From Marsupella aquatica (taxonomy: Eukaryota; Plantae; Marchantiophyta), in assembly GCA_973895155.1 (NCBI GenBank), contig OZ316893.1:19782857-19846856 (forward strand): a stretch of DNA of 64,000 nucleotides, read 5' to 3'. Position 1 is the stretch's first letter. Every line of letters begins with the position of its first letter. A program made the position numbers and the translations under genes. Of the stretch, positions 26,272 through 39,749 are shown piece by piece. Under the pieces are notes generated by a model that did no database searches, had not been told where the DNA came from, and saw nothing but the letters and a program-made list of their open reading frames with translations.

Positions 26272-28939
26272 ATGGTTCATGCGACGACAATGACTCTCGT
26301 GATGGCGGAGAAGGATCCACCCGTTTTCCGTGACTTTCTTGGGATTGGCCGTAAGGATGAGTCTACAGCTAAACAGATGCAACCCTCCATGGGTTTTTCG
26401 AAGAGAAACAACAGCGGTTTTGACGAGGACGGAGAGGCCGAAACTTCTGCCAGAGCATCATCTGGAAACAGTGGGCGTTTGGAAGCAGGCCCTGCTCCTG
26501 GGCTCTCGACGCCTCCGTTTGGTATTGGATTTCCCACCACCTCGGAGCCAGGCTCAGGTAAGGGTCGAATGATCATGGGTATATACGTTTGGACTCGGAT
26601 CGCCAATGCCTCTCAAAGAGAGCTGATGGCAGCCTTGAACCTTTTCCGTTTCTCTGAGTATCCTAGCCTTTTTCTGATGCCTACTAGGGGCGATTTTGAG
26701 AAGAGTTATCTCGTTGTTCTGGGACGTATCGTTCAGTCTAAGTAATTCGTCGCTGACACTTCGGTTTATCTGCAGAGGGTTGGCAGCGAGCTAGATCTGG
26801 AGTAATTCAGCATCATGGAGTGAAGAGCGCTTTCTACAAACCTGAAATTGATACCAGGACCATGAAGAGAAGAGAGAGTCCTATCGGTAGGGAGTCGTTG
26901 CAAGAGCGTCTGCAAATGAGTGTGGAAGCTCTCGAGAATTCTCGGCCTCTGAAGGTGCAAGAATTTGGTTTTTCAGATTGATTACTGTTTCATGCGGGCT
27001 TTCTCAGAGGAAGCGTGGGGTTCAAGATGTAGGATACTGGGTTGAATTGCATGTTGTTCTTCATCGATGTTTGATATCTAGGGCATCCGTCATAGCTCTT
27101 CTCTTTTAGCATTTTTTTAAGCGCAATTAGTCGGTAATATCCTTTGAAGGGTATCAGTTTTCTTGTTGTGTGAGAATTGTACTTACCAAAGACACTAATT
27201 TCTGCAGGCGGCCCGTATGGATGACAAGAAAGGAAAATTCAGGACAGGAACACCGTCGATGGATGAGCTGCGTCTTAGTATGCAACCTCCGCGACCCTCC
27301 TCTAAGGGCCTCGTCACGTTGCAAACTAGTGTGGCTAAGACAGAAGTCATTCCAAGAGGCTCTAGTAAGCAGGACCGGTCAAAGACTCCGCTGAATGTTG
27401 GCGGGTCTACCCCTGGGCGGCTTAGCCACATGGGTATGTCGTCGGAAAGGCCGTCCGGTCAGCTTGGAATGGAAACAATGGGATTATCTCCGATTCTTCC
27501 TCCTGCGGCTGACGAAGGATCACGAACTGGTATTAAAGGTTCAGGTTTGTTATCCAGTCTGCAGCAGCAGACTGTTGCCCCATCATCGCAAGTGCCCGGC
27601 ATGTCAGGAGGACCAAGCCCCAGTCCGAGGAGACCGAAGGTTTCCACTCACAGCCCCGGACCAGACACCGCGCTGCCGTCTAGGTGAAAACAGTTGCTCA
27701 CATACTTATGTTGCAAAGGATTTTTTTCAATGCACAGATCCTTGTTTTCTTGTTAGTAGTCCCTCGTTTGCTAAAGCTTCACCCTTGCAAATTTGTGCAG
27801 GCACCCCAAACCTCCCAGTCGACAGCTAACCATTTTCTACGGTGGGGAGGCTCACGTGTACGACGATGTTCAACCTGATAAGGTCAGAACCGGTTAGACT
27901 AGATGTGGGCTCATGGAGGAGAGAGCACTAGAAACAGACAACGCTTGAGTTTATCTACTTGCACAGCTCATACGGTTAATTTTCCCGTTTTCTCACGAGA
28001 ACTTATTTCCATTTTGCCAGGCAGAACAGATCATGCAATTGGCGAGTTCTAATGGCAGATCTTGGTCAACCACTTACTCACCACGCCAAACAGCCAGCAT
28101 AGCGAACTCGGCCAGTGATGGATCACTCTCTGCTATGGAAAGGGAGAAGAATTTCAACTTCAGTAGAGGGGGCTCCGTTAGTGGAGGAAATTTGGCACTG
28201 TCGCCTGAAGTACAGACTTTACTTAGAGGTCTAGCACAATCTGGTGCTGGGAGGAGCGGGCAAGCCCCCCCTGATGCAGCGACTACACCATCGAGTGCGG
28301 AAATCCAGCTTGCGGTAGCTGGTACTTCACTGGACCTTATCTTTTTGGGAGATGAGTGAGACAGGATTTAGACGTCAAAACTCACTGCAACGGATTGGAT
28401 GTTGCAATGTAATTTAAGGTCCACAGTCTTAAGGAAACAGATGAATGCTTTGCAAGAATTTGCCGTTGCAGAGGTATGTAAGTTGTATAAAATACTTGGA
28501 AACAATGCTGGAGAGTAAAGTGTAAGTGGTGGCAATGCAGAGCGAGTCGCCGCGGCCACCAATGGAATTAGGAAAGATAGCTTAGAGAGAAGGGTTCTAA
28601 CACGGCCAAGTCCATGCACAGAAGACAATGCTGAGGTAATATTCGTTCCTTCTGTTTTTAAGCTCCTTCCGAATTGATTGTCTCCGTGTGCATGTTCAAG
28701 TCCTTGAGTATCAGACAGTGGTCGCAATCTTTGCCCCTATCGCAATATCTGTCAATGCGATTTAGAACGAAACTTTCACACCAGTTTTGGCTCTTGTGTA
28801 AATTCAGCTTCTGAAAGTTTCTGTGTAGAAATTTATTTGAAGGTGACGGAGTCATCAAACGGTATGCTACTCCTCTTTGCCTTCGTAATATTGAATCTGA
28901 TTTGTGCAGGCTTTGCTTCGGGGCCAGCATTGGATGTAA
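26272..28939 (+). CDS. TIFY8: TIFY/ZIM-domain transcriptional regulator, TIFY8 class (multi-exon)
   Basis: Phase-consistent GT-AG exons 26272-26557, 26776-26954, 27208-27683, 27801-27882, 28021-28321, then tentatively 28541-28635 and 28910-28939 (alternative: read-through to a stop at 28359). Spliced TIFY domain QLTIFYGGEAHVYDDVQPDK/AEQIMQLASSNGRSWST and N-terminal VFRDFLG resemble TIFY8. A GC-rich leader exon probably ends at a GTGAGT donor near 25254. Confidence 0.88.
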
Positions 28940-31900
28940 ATGAATTAGCCTGCATAGTGCTCCCCACCGAGCAATAATGATTGAGGTATGATGCTTTGAA
29001 ATTAGAACTACTTCCGCACTCGAATAATTGTCTTGAGATTCAAGTATTCGAATTCCTATGGTCCAAGTTTTGGAACGAACTGATCGTTGACAGGAATCTG
29101 AACCCGAAAGAGAAGTGCGAAATAGCTGAGCTTTGGTAATAAGTTCTCAAATTCTGTTTGCAGGGTGCATAACTTCTCCCACTTAACTCGCTATCTGGAC
29201 TGGCGACTGAGTTTTGCAAGTAAGTCTTCTGTATGCTCATTTTACCTACATTGTGTTGACCATTACAATGGGATTAGATTAGAGCTGAGCTTGCACTAAC
29301 AAAGATATGATGCGTAAGATGTCTTACTATTTCTTTGTCGCAAAAGGACAGTTTGTCGTCAGATGTGCCAGATGCTCTCTCTCTCTCTCTTGACAATATG
29401 GACCCAGGGTTTTAGTACCTACATTTTCCAGCTTTTTTTGTCGTCTGCTGGGCAGATAATCGATAGATTATTTTTGACTATAGTCCTCTGAAGGCATCTT
29501 TCTAATAGTCACATACTGGGGGCTTTGCAGAACGGTGGTATTTGTCGTATGCGTCATCAAGTTGTATTTTAACTACTGATGCAGATCTCAGGCTGGCGAG
29601 CAGGTGGTATACTTATAAAGTATTCTGATCTTCCCTCGTGTTGTCTCCTTCAAGGCTGCTCTGGCTTGCTCTGGGTGTAAAATACTTTCTTTTCGGAGTT
29701 TTAGTATAATCGGTCTTCATTACAATTAGCCAAGTTGCAATCACTCAAAAGGGCCTTCCAGTGGTCTCTTTGTTACCGCAATCTGTGTTGACTCTCCGCA
29801 TATTTTGCGAACAATTAAAGTTGAGAATTGGAAGAGGTTACCATCATCTGAAAACTGGTGTCTCATCTCCCAGCTTTACACAATCTCTTGACTTTTGGTT
29901 TCACCCGTCATCGTTTGATCTTCAACTTCGTGGCTTACATTCGTTGATTTGCGAAAGCGTTGATTTGCGAAAGTGCTGCTTTTATAATCTCACTTCTGTC
30001 GCCAATTAGAGGAACACGTATGTACATCTTGCAAAAGGTGGTAAATAGACAAGCGACCGCGATATCGAACACTAACACTGGCCCACGGATTTGGAGAAAA
30101 ACAAGTTTAGTGCATAAGAGTGTAGAATGATCCTTTCCGGAAGACTTTGAAAATTGCAATTCATGTCGTCATGCTCAAGGTGTCACTATAAGTAAACCTC
30201 CGGATTCTGAGGAAGGTTGTAAAAAGAAAGGACTCAAATGATGAACTTAAGAAAGAAAAGAACAGAAATGCATTTGAGGGCTTCACCTGTACTTTGAACG
30301 AAAAGTAACAAGATGATTACTTACTGTACCTTTTAGCAAGGTGATATCCAAATTAGCCTGACTTGTGGCTTAGGGAATAGGCAATTTTGAGCTTCGAACA
30401 GCTCAGAGAATTCCATTCAGCCAAGCAATTGAATGACGCAACCTAGAAGACCAAACGCCCTGGAGTGCATTCCATTCAGTGAAAGACATGCATGACGCAA
30501 ACTAGGAGACCAACGGACCTGAAGTGCATTCAGATGCTCTCAATCGAGATATAATGCGGAGGACGCATACCGATATTCAAAAAATCTTTGACCACTAATC
30601 TGACCGTGCTGATCCGCCTACCCAAACAAACAACTTATGCGTGACAAGAAACTGAGTACGTTTCCCAGCCGTAACGTAAGTATCCTTCCGAGTTCATAAT
30701 CGAGCACTTGTTTCTCCGATTCAAGATCCGCCCAATTATTTCATCTTTTCCAATAATTACTGAGAGAGCATCAGAAAATTTCTGTACATTGCCTCGACAC
30801 TCGATTTCCACAACTACCAGATCGCTCGCTTCAATCTGAAAATGCACTTTGAGTCGTCAATTTACACATGGATGATGCCGGGTCCAAAATTACAAGCGCA
30901 CCGGACACACACAGTGTAAGTGAATTACTCCGACTGGCGACGACAAAAGTGAGCCCCCGCGGCCCCGTCCCCTCCACCAGATCAGGGCACCAACCACGCG
31001 AGTTCATATCCACAAAAACGCTGTCCAATTGGTCATCGCGTTCTCCGCCATCTCCTCCGCAATAATGGCCCCGGAGAATTATCGAGGTCAATCGAGCATT
31101 CTTGGAAGCTGGCGTTGACGTGAGACTGTCGCTCGTTTTCCAGTTTTGAGATCAGCACGCGCTCCACCAGTCCACCATGATGACGCGAGTCCGAAACTTA
31201 CTGTAGATTACTAGATTTGCCGTAACGCCGAAGTGTTCGGCAGCAACAGTGCAGCCCAGAGGCCAGAGGTCATTGCATTGCATTGCAGCTCAGCAGCAGC
31301 CAGCAGCAGCAGCAGGAGCAGCCAGCAGCAGCTGAGAGACTCTGTGGGCGAAGGAGGCACTAATGAGGAACCTTCAACCTTGTTGGGTGCATCTCAAGCG
31401 TTGACGCGCACTGCAGTTGACCCTTTCCGTACGGTCCTTGTACAGTGGAGCTACCGGCTACTAGAACTTGGGTACGAAGGAGCCAAGGAGGTGGTCATTC
31501 GCAACACGGTAACCTGGGGGTGGCTTTATTATTAGTAGAGGTGGGGGCCAGGTTTCTTTTTCATCAACTGTGCCACTAACGATATTCCAATTGACAAATA
31601 TTGTCATAATTATTTTTGTATTTGCAAAACTATTTCTCTTTGTTATATGGACAACAAGTTTATTAATTAACTAGCCCCGATTACTGTGCAACGCTTTCTT
31701 TGAAAGTGAATAGGAGAGACTAGAATAAAAGTGCCACAAAGTATATTCTCTATTCACATTCAACTAAATGATAGAAAAAAAGTATCATGTATGTCACTAT
31801 TCTAATAATCATACATAACATACTATACTCCTGTCAATGCACATATGTTATAGTGGGGTCATCCAGCACATTTTTTGAATGTAAATAGAAATCATACATA

Positions 31901-34717
31901 TGTATAGAATTACCATCTAAAGTCTTCAAATCATACATATGTATAGAATTATGATCTAGAGTCTTCACTCTAGAAGCCTAGGCCTCACTCTAGCTTGTAG
32001 TTGGCGCATTATAAAGAAGATTAGTTTGTGGATCCGTAGTTTTTTTGTTCAAAGTCATTAAGTACTGCTGATTCCACAAGTTTGAGCAAACCTATTCCAG
32101 GTATGGGCTGAAGGGGCTTTTTCAGCACTCACAGTTTCTAGACAAGAAACCTTACACACTGATTTAATTTGCGATTGTACAGGAGTACAAAATTTCAAAC
32201 AAGCTAGTCTATAACTTAGCTGTTTCTTTCAGAGACATTGCTGCCAATTATAAAAATGTTATGAAACCTAATTGAATAGGTAAGAAAAATAATAGTTAGA
32301 CAGCTAGTATGATTTTAAGGGAGAAATCAGATTTCAGACTGAATTGATCATCACAAAAGAAATCATTGAGATTTAATCAGGGTAATTGGTTGACATATGA
32401 CAACAAAACAACATGGAATGCTTACACCGGACTATGATAAAAATGGGCAGGTATGCTTTCCACACAAGCTGTACACTATCTGAAAAGCATAATGATGCAT
32501 CTCTAATCTAGGGCATCGTCACTATTTGACTAGCATTCAAGTAGAATCCATTGTTGACAGCAACTGCTAAGAGTCTTCTAATTACAGCCCTTCTTTACGG
32601 ACCCCAATGGGAAGTTCCTTCCAAAATTCCTGGATGCATGTGCAGCCACATCAACATGATTTGTGACAAAGAAGAACCGTTTATCATGCAAGAAGAAACA
32701 AAATTAACCATTCGTGTTTGAGGCAAGGCAAAGAAAAACAGTTAGACCCTCTAGTTGTAAAAACAATGGAAACTGAAAATTAACTTTTCAAGTAAACAAG
32801 GAAAATGGTAAAACAGGGGTGAAAGAACACAATCTTTGGATGAGTTGTGATTGATATATGAGTGTTTTTTGGTAATGTATTTCAATTTTCTATTTAATGT
32901 ACACATTTTTGAAATAATGACAAGTAGAAAGAAACTCTTCAGCTACTCTAACATTTACCAAGGTAACATAAGAAACCCAAGAAACTTTTCAACTTCTCTA
33001 ACATTTACCAAGGTTATTTAAGAAACCCTTTGGCTACTATGGATAGAGGAGTAACATGCAAAGGTAAAAAACACCATAACTACTATGGGTAGTGGAATAC
33101 CAAGGGACTCTAAGACCTTTCAACTACTATGGACAAAACAATATTTTGCAGGAAGGATATGGAATGTTACATCTACTGTATAGACATAGAGGTAGTAAGG
33201 GAAAAGTTTTGCATGGAGAATTACCCTCACTATTACCATGAATGTACTCCTATTTGTCTTCAATTAAATTATCCTAACTACCTTTAAAATTCATTTCATT
33301 TAAAATACTCTATTTAATCTTTGTACTCTCATCTATCTATTCCAATGTGCAACTCTTCATGGCTCCAAATAGTTCAATCAAACAAGCTTACATAACCAAG
33401 GGGTCCTCGAACTAATTGATAGACTAATAAAATGGGCATTAGGTTGCAACATCTGAACAATTCTTTCTCTGCAATGATGTAAGGAAGTATCAGAAGAATA
33501 CACATTGACTAGTATTTCTATAGCCAGAAGCCAGATCAACTGCAAGATATCGTTTGAGAGAAAACTGTGACTTAGTCAAAATTGACTAAGAAGCTAAATC
33601 TATATGAACTTTGCACTTTGAAAGCTACTTGAAATGAAAATGCACATGTGAATTATCATAGAGTTAAATGTAAGCGGACATCAGAGCTGCTTATACAGCA
33701 CCACTTTGTTCTCCTGGTACGTGGCTGATAGCGGCAAGCTAGGAAGCTCTGTCATCAAACAGAATGCAAAATATTGTAGCTCAGGTTGGCTGTCACTTTT
33801 GTTACTTTAAATGAAATATACTATATGATCAAATCATTTTTGGGGATGGATTTCTTTCAGTTTACTAAAATTACAATTGTAACTAAAACAATTACAAGTG
33901 AAACGCATAGTCATTTAGTTCTTTGATGCAACAGCATCCAAAATTTTACACTAAAAATGACACAAACTTGACATGGGGCACTTATTTGATTCACAAAACC
34001 AAATGGTCATATTTGTTGCACTTGTTGTTGATGTGGCAAGCTCTGGTGCTGGAAATTTTGCAAGGGACACCTCATGGGGTCCATAACTAAGGAAAGCAAA
34101 GCTTGGATGGACCACCATGTTGGAGAGAGTGGACCACATTTTGGTGATCCATGGGAGTTTTGGACTTATAGCTTGATGATTATGAATACTTAAAACATTT
34201 TAAGTTTTGCACATGTGAGGCAACTAGAGAAGGAGGTTAAACCATAAAAATATAAGCCCAAATTATTTAATATTAACACAATGAAAATTAATATGGTAGA
34301 ATTTCCCCCTCCGCATTCCATGATGAATAAGTCAACCAAAATGGCCAAAATTTCACTGTCACTTTAATGGAAGTGTACTTTATCTACTCCTCTAGTACAT
34401 ACTCAAAACTAAAAATTATTTGAAATTACTAACATCAAGTTATCACAATAAAAGCCAAATTTTGGAAAATTTGGTCCATGGGGGTTTTCAAAGACCAATG
34501 TTGTGGTCCATGGGAGCATCATTTTTGTGACTAAGAGTACCATATATGAAAAGAGTGATATATTTGTAAATAAAATTAAAATAATGACATTATTGTAAAT
34601 TAGAGTATCCTTAGTGGCAATGTACTAAAAAGTTGTTCTTTCTATTTCCTCTTCGATTAAATTTGTTGTAGGAGGCAAACAGGCTAAACAGGCTTTTAAA
34701 AGAACTCTGGGCTTCAG

Positions 34718-35600
34718 TTCTGGTGTGGGCCAGTGAGTTGTAAAGTTTACAACAGGAAGGGCCATTGCTTCCTTCATTTGCCCAGATATCAAATCTGGAC
34801 CTTATCATGAGTGGAAAGTGGGTGTAGTGACAAGAGCTTTGATGCAATATAGTTTAGACGTTTTTGTTCTGTTTTGCTAGTGTGACAAAGGTAGCCTTGT
34901 GAAGGAGAAAGACTCTACTAATATACTTACTTTTCCTACATTACTTTCCAACCGTCAGATCTCCCTAGCTTTAAGGATGACCATTATATTTTGTCTAATA
35001 TGGTATGTGACTACCGTAGGTGAGAAACTGGCTAATCAAGAAAGGAAAACTAACATTTTTGTGCCAAATTGCAAAGACTTTTTTAGAGACGTGGAATTTA
35101 GGTCACTTTCGTTATTATAGAAATTCCTGCTCCGGGCCCAACCAGGTATGGTGTGGGCCAGTGTCGTTTTACTCTTCTAGAGATGGGATCTTTGTTTTCA
35201 TTTTCCCTTGTAGATTAAATCTGGACCATGTAATGAGTGGAAGCTGTTGCAATTGGCTTTACAAGAACTTGAGGCCCATTAGGTAACGTGTGGGACAATG
35301 TGATTTTAGAGTACCACACATGGGGCCGTGGGCTTTACAAGAACTTGCTAGGGGGGCACATTCATATTTGGTGTGGGCCAGTGCTTCTCTCTTGAGTAGA
35401 AGTGGGGGCATTGCTTTGCAAGAGATCCGGGTCCATTCTGGTATGGTGTGGGCCAGTGTTTTTTTCTTTATGAGACCAGGGGTTGTTGCTCCCTTTTGTT
35501 CCCTCATATATTAAATCTGGGCTACATAACTAGTGGAAATCAGCTTTGGTTGGTTTTACAAGAACTCTGAGGGCCAAGTCACTGATGGTGCGTGCCAGTG
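34718..35600 (+). repeat. Diverged tandem repeat array
   Basis: TGGTGTGGGCCAGTG-like motif about five times and AAATCTGG...AGTGGAA three times. Confidence 0.6.
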
Positions 35601-37701
35601 TTTTTTGTAAGGGATTGCTTGTAGCCGCAGTGGCGACAGCCCATTTTTTTTTCTGAGGAGGACCAGCAACCAGGATAATTGTAAGGTTTTTGCTCACTTT
35701 GGTGTAGAATGTCACCTTGTCGGAGAAGATGCTACGAATACTCCTTATTTAAATTTCTTAGATTAATCGGACATCGCCCTACATTCCAGGATAATGGGTA
35801 TGTGGATAGGTAAGAAATTGGCTAATAAAAGGCAAAAAAGTTGGCTAATTTCTGTCATGAATGACTGACATTACAAAAATCATTTTGGGCCATTTTGATG
35901 TAAACCTTGGCGTAGGCGCGTAAAAGCTAAATATGCTTATACCTTGAATTGAATACATTCTGGACAATATATTAAGAGGAGGGTTGACATAGCAGGAACA
36001 TGACCAGGAACACGACCAGGAACAGAAGGAACAAGCAACACGAGAAGATGTGACAAAATGTCGAGAAACAAACCAAAACACAATGACGACAAAACAGGTT
36101 CCGAACGGGTTCCATAAAGGGCGGGCACATTTGAATTTTGAAAATTCTTTTAAAAGTTGTATACATTTCGGACAATGTATTCATAAAAGCAAGGAGGTTG
36201 GGGGAGGTACTGTGCTTGCAAGCTCCAATGCAGTGGTAAACTATTTCCTTTGTATCTTGAACACTAAAGTGACAGTGTATTCTCAAATACTTTGAGGTTG
36301 GGGCACAAAGACACTTGCATGCTCTAATGCCGCAGCAAACTTGTTCAACTGTAATTTGAATACAATATCCATATTGTATTCAACAAAACTAGGAAGCCAT
36401 GGCGCTGCTGCACTATGGTGCTTGATTGCGGTCAAGGGCTACAGTGCTTGTGCACTGCAACGTTATTGTCGGACTACTACACACGACCAACCACGGCGTC
36501 CACAAGGTACGCAGTGGACTTGAACTGTGTGGTAAAGTGTTTCACAAGAACATAGGTGTACGGAGTGGGCCCAGAGGTCCATTGGGAGAGAGGGTGCAAC
36601 TTTTGGTCTGTTTAAGTAAAAAAGTTGTATTTGGAGGTCCACTAAATATATTTCTCTTGGCAACCTTATGGAACCATCTTTCAGGAGGGGGGTCATCTCT
36701 CCCCACCAAAGCTCTATTTCTTGGCGAGCAAGAGTTTTATTGTGGCTAACACGGACCAAGTTGAAAATTAGAGTTAAAGTCACATGGGAAATCTTCAGGT
36801 CAAGATTTGCAGAATTTTTGCAATAATAAATAATCCCACTAATAAGGAGATTGGCAAGGGAGGGTGGGGTCCAGTGGGACAGATAGAAAACCTGGCTCAC
36901 CCAACCATTAGGATTTTTGGCAAATTGCCAAACTGTAAGCTGTGTGTTTAGGCAATTTAAGAAAAACCCTACAAATCTCCTTTGTAAAAGTTAAGCCCTT
37001 AAAAGGGGACTGAGCGCAACATCAAATACTTACAGTAGTTTCATGCACTTATTATAGAAAAATTGACAAGCATTTTGGAGATTGGCTTTCAATTTACATT
37101 AAACATATATACAAAATGTTAATGTGATTGTACATCCAATATTTTAGGGGAAAATTATTGATCAGGTATCACAACAACAAAATCAAATAAATGTAGAAAT
37201 TTGCACTTGTCTACTCTATTCTACATGAAATAAGCATCAAAATGACCCAAAATATGATTTATGTGATGTACTTTACATATAACAGTGTTAGATAGAAAAA
37301 AAGACTACGAGTGTAGATTTGCAGAATGCTTAAATAGATAGATAAGAAAGAGCGAGCAAGATTACATATTTTAACGAGGCTCTCCTCAATCATTCAAGTC
37401 TCTGGTACGTTTTTGGCAGCCAACAAAGAAAGCATTCAAAAGGCTAAAACCTTACGAGACATTCCTCTGTCTCTCGTCTCCTCTGTCTGACCTAAACCCT
37501 CCCTCACTGATGAAAGCAAGCAAGCAAGCAGACGCTCGTGAGCAAAATTACAGCATCCGTCAATCAACACCGAAAGCTCTGTTGTAGGAATGCTGCAGCT
37601 CCTTCTTCTTGTCGACGCCTTCTGGAGCTGGCCAACTGAAGAAGCGAGTCGTGGGAACAAGCGATCACAGCTCAGCTGAGCGGGAGACGGAGCAACGGAC
37701 G

Positions 37702-39749
37702 ATGGGTAGCAGCACGGACGTTCTCATGATAGAAGCGTCGCCCCAGCAATTGAAGCAAGGGCGATGGCGAAGCGGCGTCACGGAGGATCTGGTTGACGCG
37801 CTGCCCTACATTGACAACGATTACGCGAATCCAGAGCTGAAAGCGGAGGTGGACAAACTTATCGAAGATGAAATGCGGAAGAGCACCAAACGGCCCAAAG
37901 ATTTTCTCGCCGAGCTGCCGCCGGCGCCCACTTTCGATTTTGAGGTGCGGTTACAGCCTTTTACAGTGCCCTACATGGTTGATGAAGCTGGCTTTCCTTA
38001 CACTGCTCTTCTTACTATTTCGTCCAGTTGGTAATCTTGAAACTGTGGAATTTGAAAAGAGATTTTATCGAAGTCCTTCAGGCTGGCATTACTCTGTTTT
38101 TAGCTTCTGGGTGGTTAACTGTACTGTTGGGACGGGTTTCAGAATTGCCCCATGCTAGCAAAAGAATATGAACGAGTGCGTGCTGGCAAACCTCCCGTGT
38201 TGATTGACATGCTTCGATACGGATTAGAGCCACCTCCTGTGAATAGACGAAACGACCCTAACGCTTGGAAGCAATCCCTACAAAACGCTCAGAGCCAACT
38301 ACAGCATCAGACCATAAGGTATCTTATTTCTACCCTGGTCGTTCTGATCTTTCTGGATGCCCGGCAGAATTGCTGTCCACTTATATCTATTCAGCTGAAC
38401 TTTGAGCTTCATTACTTTCTACATTGTCAATTAGCTATTTCGACATCATGGTTCTCTTAATCCCTGCGAGTGAAATTGAATAATTTAAAGACATTGTTGC
38501 TCCGAAATTCAATCTCGATGTTTTTATACTTTCCGCTGATAGATGGGCACGACTCATTTCCTGTCTTAGTTTTTGTTCCCCTATTCTCTGGCGCAAATGG
38601 ACACTCATCAAATAAGGTACCTGACTGGTTGGAATAGGCTTGAAAATCTGGAGCTTATGTTAAAGTATGGTCCCAACGCTTGGAAGGTCCATAATCAGAA
38701 TTTGGAAGCGCTCATTGCCAGGTATGAGAAAACCTTTCGAAGCAGCCTTCGTTGAGATACTGTGCCGAATCTTGCAGAAGACTTTCAATACCACGTTAGG
38801 GCCTTCCACTTATCTCTCAGTGATCTATTATTTTGAGTTGTTGCCCAAAACCCCACTACAACCTTCTGAAACAAGGGTGACTGTGATGACTTTCTTCAAA
38901 TCGTCAATAGGGATTCATTTAAGGGTTGATGGTTCCCCATCTGATTTGGAGGGTGCTTATGCCAGGTTACAAAGAATGATACGTGAGACAAGTTATGAAA
39001 TTGAGACCTTGAACCGCGAAAGAAAGTCAAATCAGGTGAGTGCTTGTGTTCGAGTCATTTATCATTTGTTTTCTAATGAAAAGGAGCATCGCACGATTTA
39101 CTTGATGAGTATTTAAATAAATTAATTAATTAAAAGGGGAAATCTGTGAAACCCCACAGAAAGGGAACAGTCAGTCACAATATTTGAACACTAGACCTAT
39201 CAGTCTCAACGCAAGTGAGCTACCAGCCATGCCTCTCTGGGCACTTGACGAGTATCTAGGTCTGTGCACACCGCATTTTATGCCTCATCCTCGTGGGTTT
39301 CATTACACCTTCCTTGAAGATTGGTAATAGATTTCTATGCAGTCAAGACACTGGTGGTGGTGTTATTACCGTGGATGCAAGAACCGAAGGTTCTGGTGGT
39401 TGAGCTTTTGAGTTGTACCCACAGCTAGCTGCTGCTGCAGAATTGAGTCTTCTGGATGCTCAGTGGAAGGAGCTGACCGAGAAGAATCTGGAGATTGAGG
39501 ATGCTTCCTTAAACCTGAAGGCAGAGGTAGATAAGCTACGGCAAGAGGCACTGAGCAAGTAAGCATTATTCTTTTGGTATTCCAAAATTTTGCAGCACAA
39601 TTTGAGGATACTGTAGCTCTTTGTGCAGCTTTTCGTATTCTTAGGAGTCCCTCTATTAAATTAATCGCTGTACTTGTGATCACTCTGAGCTGAAAACTGT
39701 GCATATCTGCAGAGGCATTGATCTCACGGACCGGTTAGCCCCACGCTAA
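37702..39749 (+). CDS. MOS4: Pre-mRNA splicing factor SPF27 / BCAS2 / MOS4 (Prp19/MAC complex subunit)
   Basis: Six phase-consistent exons: 37702-37944, 38143-38318, 38638-38721, 38966-39035, 39425-39558, 39713-39749. Motifs [35 protein letters not shown] and QWKEL..KNLEIE are characteristic of the family. Confidence 0.95.
39113..39242 (-). mobile_element. Short SINE-like element, copy 2, in intron 4 of SPF27/MOS4
   Basis: Reverse complement matches 19982-20116 (shared GTGGGGTTTCACAGATTT, AGACTGATAG). Flanked by ACTTGA(T/C)GAGTAT at 39100-39112 and 39243-39255. Confidence 0.65.

Noticed and set aside
32600-34085. Weak inverted similarity (GTTGATGTGGC...AATTTTG.AAGG...TGGGGTCC) between ~32600-32660 and ~34027-34082
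   Set aside because: Too short and diverged to define an element or gene.
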